DNA of 6,334 nt, from positions 1 through 6,334 of the forward strand of contig JBJCIZ010001350.1 of NCBI GenBank assembly GCA_051294375.1, in the 5' to 3' direction. Both the position numbers and the translations under genes were made by a program. The notes under the pieces are model-generated. The model saw only the letters and a program-made list of their open reading frames with translations, made no database searches and was not told where the DNA came from. The number at the start of each line of letters is the position of its first letter. Within the stretch, counting starts at the first letter, position 1. The DNA is from Paraspadella gotoi. Its lineage: Eukaryota > Animalia > Chaetognatha. This document shows, piece by piece, positions 1 through 6,274 of the stretch.

Positions 1-761
1 AAGAAAGAGATGTTATGTGAAATAAGACAAGGGAGTAGAGAAGACAAGTATACAGGCACAGAAAAATTATATATATATATATATCTAAAGACCTTATAAA
101 AACTTGGAGAAAAGTGATGAAGAGAGGACACACAGCGAGTGAAGGAGAAGATAGAAACAAGCAAAAGAAATATAGCCAAATACGCGCAACAGATTGAGAG
201 GCAAATCAACTGGCTTCCTAGGATGTATAAATTACTTCAACCCCATGGTGCAGGAGAGATCGCCTCGCCAAACAATTTTCTTCCATAAACTGGGCTGGGC
301 GGATCTGGAGTAACAGCTGACCAAGCAGGAAAGGGACAGATCATAAAGATCGAAAAACCTGTGCTAAACTGATTTAGATACAAGCCATCCCGGGGCGCAA
401 ACCCAACCAGGAATGCTCAACCAACAAAATCGCAGTGGAACTGAACCAATAAAGCCCAGCAAAGGGCAAAAAAGTAGGCCCAACCCGACGAAGCCGACAG
501 GGTAAGCCGCACTTCCTAAGGAAGGGCCTCCGGCCAGCAGGATGAAAACAATCCCTACCTACGAATCAGTTGCCTGGAGAACAAATGGCAATCTCTCCAC
601 CAAGGCGACCTCAGGCGAGGTCGACGTTAGGAGTGCCGACGCAGGCCCACGCACATTTTTTGTCCCCTCAACCAATACCCGAACACTACGCGAAGATGAG
701 AAATAGGGAGCATGCCGAAATCTTACCCGGCAAGACAACATCCCTAACAAACAATCATTAA
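1..761 (+). pseudogene. gag: Putative 3' half of gag (capsid/nucleocapsid-like), disrupted and 5'-partial
   Basis: Frame 1 reads KKEMLCEIRQGSRED (1-45), resembling the L..L.QG..E motif of retrotransposon Gag. At ~328-394 the sequence reads ERDR..SKNLC then LDTSHPG. With one compensating deletion/insertion this gives C-x-N-C-L-D-T-S-H, and a further TGC lies at 414-416 (possible zinc knuckle). It lies directly upstream of the protease. The end coordinate is uncertain. Confidence 0.5.
68..84. repeat. (TA)8 microsatellite
   Basis: tatatatatatatatat read directly. Confidence 0.9.
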
Positions 762-835
762 AACATACAAGTGTGGACCACCTGAGCCCAGAGACCGACA
801 CCGCAAAAATATGTCACCACAGGAAAAAACACAGC

Positions 836-1105
836 TACATTCCAGCTGTAATCGCAAGGAGCACCAGCAAGCCTGCCTGATGATACAGGGGCATCCGTAA
901 ACACTGGGTCCTGACGACAGTTCATCGAAAAATGGGCCTTGGTCATAACACATTTACACGGAACCCCTCTCAGGCTGTCACAGCCACTGGAAACCATCAC
1001 TCTACCGGAGAGAATAAACTTAAGAATCACTGTCCGAAAAATGGACCCTAAAAACGGTTTTTTTATGTCTCCGCGGATGAGGATGATCAGACTATCATAG
1101 GAACG
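836..1105 (+). other. Retropepsin-type aspartic protease domain
   Basis: YIPAVIA-GAPAS-CL(I)-DTGASVN, with the catalytic D at 882-884 (three 1-nt indels needed upstream). The C-terminal FYVSADEDDQTIIG (IIG at 1094-1102) corresponds to the ILG motif. Confidence 0.85.
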
Positions 1106-1769
1106 CAGTCACCAACCGGGCCTCCAGACCAATGTGGGTAGTACAACCATCAACAAAGACAGACGACCTCCAGGTCGCCTTCCATGCGGAGAACAAGCCC
1201 GTTAACCCACTTGTTCTCCGAGACAAATACGGAGGCCTTGAAGGTTGCCAGATGGTTGGCTCGGGAAAACGTGGATGAAACACACAATGGTGCCGATTCA
1301 CGCGAACAAACGCGGAAAGGATCATAACTACTCCACTAAACCCATATTGAAAACCCTGGCCCAGTACCCAGGTGGATAATCGTAGTCCAGTGATGGAGAG
1401 GAAGCACACGTCGCAGACTCGGAGACCAAGTGAGAGAAGCGAGTTGAATTTGACGCCCATCCAGGACCCTGGGACGCAAGACTCTAATAACCAATTCAGG
1501 CACAGATCCGACACTTAGACCTTGCAAACGGAATCCACAGCCGAACACAGTCCCCAGGCGGACTTAACAGGAAAAAAACCGTACTCCGGAAGGTGAGAAA
1601 AGACAGTATACGCCACGACGATAGCTTCATCACAAACCAACGGGAAAAGAGATCAAAGCAGTCGAGAAGCCAGGCAGAACGGCGCCAAAAACATTGCAGC
1701 CCGCGGAAGGAAGCATTCTAAAACCCTTCAAAGACGTAGACCGTCTCTCCAAGACAAGGCTCACCTAGT

Positions 1770-2720
1770 CTGGGCGAATTGTTGTGGGAATATCGCGACG
1801 TTTTTGAAAACAATAAATGATTTGCAAGGAAGGCTTCTTAAATTATAAATTGACCTCGGTTAACCAACCGAAGATTTACCCAAGCGAGATTCCCAACAAG
1901 GCCCGGTAAAAAAAGCCGCCTTAAAAAGATATCTCGAAGTATATGAAAAGCGGCATGTCGTCTAGCACAAGAAACGAAGCTTATTCAACACGCCTTCGCT
2001 CATAAAGAAGGCCGGCCACATTGCGAGGGACAACGACGAAATGAATGACGAACCTTTGCAAAACAAATGGCGACTCATTTGCTGACTACCTCTTGTCCGT
2101 CAACAATAACATTGTCGACATACGCCACGGAACCACAGACAATCTCCTTCAAATCTTGAGCAATTACAAGCCACATGAGCTGCAATGTTCCTCGACATTC
2201 ATGGCATGTTTCCACAGGTTAAACCTGAACCGAGCGCTGAGAAACCCCGTCCGACCTTTGCAGGCGCAGGCCACAACTGTGGATGAATAAACTACCAATG
2301 GGAGGCGTTAACTAGCGCTAAATGTACTCAGGCGATTCCTGGATAGAAATTTTCCACGACGCTTGGCACCGACGTGAAGAGCTTTTTTAGTTTATGTGAT
2401 GACGCTCAATACTGCACAGCCAGTCACCTCGAAGACATGGCACAAGAGCTCAAGATCTACTGCAGAGCATGCCGAGACGAAAAACGTCGTCCTCAATGGA
2501 CGAAGAGTGTCCTCCTCAGAAGAAGACATCAAGATACTGGGTCTTCAGCATCTCAAAAAGCCAGGCTCCTCCGCACAAAAGAAAAACTTCAAGCAGTCGA
2601 AGTTAAAGTGCAAAGCTCTCAAAACGCAAAAGGGCTAAGAGCAATGCTAGCTTCCTTAAACTACTACAGATTGCTTTAACGCCATCGATTTTCCATAACA
2701 TCGCCCAACCCTTCATCCCT
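1770..2720 (+). other. Reverse transcriptase domain plus connection/thumb
   Basis: LGELLWEYRDVF (1770-1805); IKK (2002-2010); KWRLI/ADY..VNNNI (from 2065); LDIHGMFPQV (2191-2220); KLPMGGVN/SA (2289-2319); FLVY(V)DD (tatgtgatgac 2393-2403, one G missing); VVLNG; DIKILG; KEKLQAV; NAKGLRAMLASLNYYR; FHNIAQP. Confidence 0.92.
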
Positions 2721-2853
2721 AAACCTTACTCGACAAGAAAGATTTCAAGACTCTCCGACAAACAATCGAGATGCTCCAGACCCTTGGTTGACGAAATTCA
2801 AGGCTTTGCCAGGACTAAAACTTTTTAATGAATTGCCAGATCGAGAAATGGTT

Positions 2854-3242
2854 CATATCGAATTTACGCGGACGCTTAAGTACGCCAGGCCATGGCGATC
2901 TCATCACCCGCCACAGCCGACGGGCTTCGAATATTCCGCTCGCTCATTTTCCTCAAAATCCATTCCAGAGAATACCGAATTCAAGCACATCAATGTCTTA
3001 GAAACCCTGGCCTTTAACATGATGGTGCGAAAGTTCAAGGGCTACACGTGCGGCAGAAGGGTGACCTTTAGTAACGATTCCCAAATACTTTAAAAGAGTA
3101 ATGGATTACAGCATGACCGACACACAACTGTTCCCATACAAACTTGAAGGATGAGTAACCGTGTAAATCTCGGGCAAGAATGCCAACCAAAGGAAATTAT
3201 CCTGGTAAAAGCGAAGACAATCCGGCCGACTTCTTAACACGA
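2854..3242 (+). other. RNase H domain
   Basis: HIE(L)YADA(S)KYA (D at 2871-2873); SFSSKS; HINVLETLA (E at 3001-3003); KFKGYTCGRRVTFSNDSQIL (D at 3076-3078); SEDNPADFLTR (D at 3228-3230). All four D-E-D-D acidic positions are recognisable. Confidence 0.88.
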
Positions 3243-4203
3243 TTCACGGAGCAAGGACAGGTCACACCCCTCGACACCGCCATTTTTCCCCGTCCGGCTT
3301 CGATGTCGACGCGCGATTAGAACCAGATTTGCCGAAACCCCAGTACAAGATCACGTGACCCAGAACATCTAGGATTAATAACAGGCCATGCACCCCACTC
3401 TTGCCTTGGGCCCAAACACTGGGAGAGGAAAAAACAGCTTTCAGAACAAAGTTTTTCGAATTTGTACGACAAAAATTTGCATCAATGCCAAAACGAAACG
3501 GGCACATAGAAAGTTGTATGGAAACCAAAGGACGAAGGACGCTGAGGGCCGGCCGGCCTTCGTCAGAACAATATCTGCTAAAGACTGGAGTTTAGGCCCA
3601 TCCAACTGGAATGTTACGGCCGAAATAGAACGGCATCGAGCATCACAATGATGGAAGAGGACTACCGACACGACAGGGCCGGTGTTGTAAGTTTGAAAGG
3701 GCCATAGCTAACCGGACCCGACCGCCCACGTCGAACCGAACATAAAAATACTTAGAACCATAACTGGACAAGTCATCTCATCAGTCGCCGGAAACCGACA
3801 CGAAGGCCCATATCCAACGACCCCCTTTGCCTCCGCTATCCCTTTCCGGCAGCCAAATGAAGACATCCAGAACAATCAGCGTGAGAATCTTGAGAAAAAC
3901 CAGAGCTCGACGAGGAAGACCAAAGAAAACAAAAGATCGCCAGCCATCGCTGGGAGGCGTTGCCCAGAGGCCTTAGTCCATGTGAGATGCCAGAACCAAA
4001 CGACGCAAGAACGCCACCAACGCCAATCACAACAACTCAACAAGCCTCAGTGCAAACAATTCAAACGAAATGGCCCGCGCGAAAAGAAGAGTTAATGATC
4101 GACAGCACAATGGAGGCAGACGTCGACGCCTTCAGCCCACAGAATAGAGAGGAAGCAGCGAATCCTGACAAGATAGAAATAAAACTCATGCCATTAGCGA
4201 CAC

Positions 4204-5475
4204 AACGTTAGACAATGGCAACAGGAAGAAGAGGTATTCAAAATCGTCATAAAGGCTTACAACAAATGACCGGGCTAACGCCGAGAGAATGCTAAATGAA
4301 AAAATGCAAAAAAGAAAGACTATTAACCGAAAAGTAACCTTACAAACGTCCTCGCTGATGCTTGACATAAACTGAAAACGGAATCCTGATATTAAAAGAG
4401 TTATAAAGCAGATAACCCAACCACAAAGTTTCGTTGTTCCACCTAGTAGAATCGAGAGATAATAAGAAAAATACATCAACATTATGGACACCCCGGCCGG
4501 ATCCAACAGATTTAATATCAGCTCAATATGTCACAGCACCAGGGTTATCGGCCGCCGCAGCAAGATGTGTAAGAAACTGTGATAACTGCGCAAAAGCTAC
4601 TGATGCACAGAGAAACAATGAAACTCCGTCAGCTCCAAATTTAGCCATCACCATGGAATCACTGAGCATCGTTGTAATGCATCTTCCCCAGTAGCTGGAT
4701 TTAACTATGCCTTAGTTGCATCTGACAATGCTCTGCATCACACGTGGGCTATCCCACTACGCCGCGCAGAGCTGAAACGATCGTGAAAGCACTAGATGAA
4801 GGATCTTTCCTCCAGCACGGCTCTATATGGAAGTTACCTTTGATGGCGCAACAACAACTAAACGGAAAGGCAATGAGCTCCATACTGGACCTGCTCGACA
4901 CAGTTGGCAGAAGAGTCTTAAGTTGGGAGAAAGGACAGTAATAGGGCAGAGAGGGACATCGGCAGAATACGTCAAGCCCTCCCGTAAAGCTGTTGAGGAC
5001 CAAGCCGAGAAATGGCTGGATCACCTCCTCACTTAATGTTGCTTGCTGAACGCCACGCCCATCATGCTGGAAGACAGAATGTCTCCTCATGAGATCCAGT
5101 TTGGACATAGGGCCAAGGATTGTTGAAGCCGCCGACGACTTCACAAAAAGAAATCTTGTTGATTTCATCCGAAGAGAGCCGACAGGCAAGAACAAGCTCA
5201 CACGAGATTAGCAGATCAAGAACCAAACTTTACAAGCAGTCGTCAAGAGGAAACCCATACAAAAGAACAGCCGAGATAAGGTTGGAGATTTGGTCCTCAC
5301 TCGACGCGATCTCATCATGACCGGAACCGCGACGACCGAAAACAAAGTAAAACGGATTTACTCTGGCCCACACAAGGTCGTACAACGAGACGGAAACCAT
5401 TACATATCATCTCAATAAACGGCAGAATTTAAGATACCACAGGCGAGACTCAAGCTTCACACAACAAACAAATAA
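4204..5475 (+). other. Integrase: N-terminal extension, HHCC zinc finger, DDE core and GPY/F module; no chromodomain
   Basis: NVRQWQQEEEVF (4204); ENGILIL (4374); FVVPP; IHQHYGHPG (4471-4497) and CDNC (4578-4589), spaced H-x4-H-x~29-C-x2-C; MESLSI[V]VMHLP; GFNYALVASD..HTWAIPL; TFDGA (D 4842-4844); SNRAER (E 4949-4951, 107 nt after D, versus 108 for D-35-E); SPHEIQFG (5082-5105); VGDLVL (5281-5298); KVKRIYSGPHKVV. Confidence 0.92.
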
Positions 5476-5516
5476 ACAAACGGAGTTATACCCCTTGTAA
5501 ATAAAGAATAAAAGAT

Positions 5517-5586
5517 ATAGTTAAAACAATTTAGATAATACAACTTAGTTAATACAACGTAGATAAAACAACCTAGTTAAAGAAAC
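5517..5586 (+). repeat. Tandem array of five 14-bp units, consensus nTAGwTAAwACAAC
   Basis: atagttaaaacaat / ttagataatacaac / ttagttaatacaac / gtagataaaacaac / ctagttaaagaaac, with an exact 14-nt period. Confidence 0.9.
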
Positions 5587-5587
5587 C

Positions 5588-5830
5588 ATGGAATCTACGA
5601 CAGCTGGCAAAGAACATCTGGCAAAGAGAAAGCAGCTGGCACACAAAAAAAAAAAACAAAAAAAAAACAAAAGCCTCGCTTCGCCGAAACAAAAACCGGC
5701 GGCGACCACAACAACAATAAAAAGAGGAAACGACGCCAAAGTAAGGCCCTTCTCCTCTTCCTCTTCCCCGCACCGAGAGAAAGAGAGACAGAGAAACGAC
5801 GCCAGAAAGAAGCCCGTTCCCCTCGCCTAA
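5588..5830 (+). CDS. Possible small basic, low-complexity accessory ORF downstream of pol (80 aa as given)
   Basis: The ATG is in a strong Kozak-like context (aaaccATGG) one base after the 14-bp array, and the product is K/R-rich. Its openness may only reflect T-poor composition and A runs. No domain was recognised. Confidence 0.25.
   Translation: MESTTAGKEHLAKRKQLAHKKKKQKKNKSLASPKQKPAATTTTIKRGNDAKVRPFSSSSSPHREKERQRNDARKKPVPLA
5601..5641 (+). repeat. Three short direct repeats CAkCTGGCA (E-box cores)
   Basis: cagctggca at 5601, catctggca at 5615, cagctggca at 5633. Confidence 0.7.
5645..5672 (+). repeat. Interrupted poly(A) tract A12-C-A10-C-A4
   Basis: Read directly. Confidence 0.85.
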
Positions 5831-5944
5831 AGAAGGACGCCAACAAAAACGGCAACGGCATCCCAAGGCTCAATATAAAAGCAAAAAAAATCGAAGGAGG
5901 GATCATTCAATCTAAAGATAACCATCCATTGCTCCCGCCAAGGA

Positions 5945-6239
5945 AAAAGAAGAACGACTCACCCAAAAAGTTTTTTTCAAACTATTTCTCTAACAAAAGA
6001 AGAACGACTCACCCAAAAGTTTTTTTCAAAACTATTTCTCTAAAAAGATCAACTCACCCAAAAAGTTTTTTTCAAAACTATTTTTCTAAAAAGATCAACT
6101 AACCCAAAAAGTTTTTTTTCAAAACTATTCTCTCAAAAGATCAAACTCACCCAAAAAGTTTTTTTTAAAAAACATTCCTCTCAAAAGATCAACTCACCAA
6201 AAAGTTTTTTTTCAAACTATTTGTCTAGAAAGATCAACT
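5945..6239 (+). repeat. Tandem minisatellite: six 45-50 bp units plus a partial seventh
   Basis: Units start at 5945, 5995, 6043, 6089, 6135, 6183 and 6228 (partial). Consensus is approximately AAAAGATCAACTCACCCAAAAAGTTTTTTTCAAAACTATTTCTCTA. Confidence 0.97.
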
Positions 6240-6255
6240 GGTCAAAGAAAACTTT

Positions 6256-6274
6256 AGAGAAAGAGAAAAAGAGA
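6256..6274 (+). promoter_or_regulatory. Candidate polypurine tract (plus-strand primer)
   Basis: 19 uninterrupted purines (agagaaagagaaaaagaga) followed at once by TG (6275-6276), at the expected place 3' of pol. It lacks the G-run common in PPTs, and purine runs are frequent on this A-rich strand. Confidence 0.45.

Larger units (their letters stand above)
836..5475 (+). pseudogene. pol: pol polyprotein (protease, RT, RNase H, integrase), multiply frameshifted in this sequence
   Basis: All domains are recovered by frame switching. The C-terminus reads RYHRR-LKLHTTNK* with TAA at 5473-5475, matching the terminal H..LK motif of Gypsy integrases. The start is approximate. Confidence 0.9.

Noticed and set aside
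1-120. 5' LTR or primer-binding site
   Set aside because: No CA-TGG PBS junction and no match to the sequence after 6275 was found. The window appears to start inside the element.
4749-5201. 150-aa minus-strand ORF (and similar ones at 1095-1514, 4186-4506 and 3262-3528)
   Set aside because: These lie antisense to pol, show no recognisable motifs and mostly start at non-ATG codons. They are best explained as shadow ORFs.
2045-5320. Treating the short + strand ORFs as separate genes
   Set aside because: They are consecutive pieces of one polyprotein. Motifs continue across frame switches.
2854-5475. Classification as a DIRS or canonical BEL/Pao element
   Set aside because: A protease and DDE integrase are present and no tyrosine recombinase is seen, which excludes DIRS. 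The RT N-terminus, thumb and GPY/F integrase are Gypsy-like, and hallmark BEL motifs (YLPHH, WW.GP) were not seen.
1-5475. RIP or APOBEC-type hypermutation as the cause of A-richness
   Set aside because: TGG, CAA/CAG codons and CpG/CpA dinucleotides remain common, and the lesions are mostly indels. An A-rich sense strand is normal for many retroelements. This was not formally computed.
5383-5600. Chromodomain after integrase
   Set aside because: Pol ends at about 5475, just after the GPY/F module, and no Y.VKW-type motif is visible.
5645-5672. Poly(A) tail of an inserted SINE/LINE or retrocopy
   Set aside because: No target-site duplication or recognisable upstream element body was found, and A runs are common throughout this 3' region.
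5545-5906. Hydrophobic Phe-rich minus-strand ORFs resembling membrane proteins
   Set aside because: The Phe/Leu runs are simply the reverse complement of the + strand A tracts.
5945-6239. CRISPR array
   Set aside because: The units are head-to-tail with no unique spacers, no cas genes are present, and the context is a eukaryotic retroelement.
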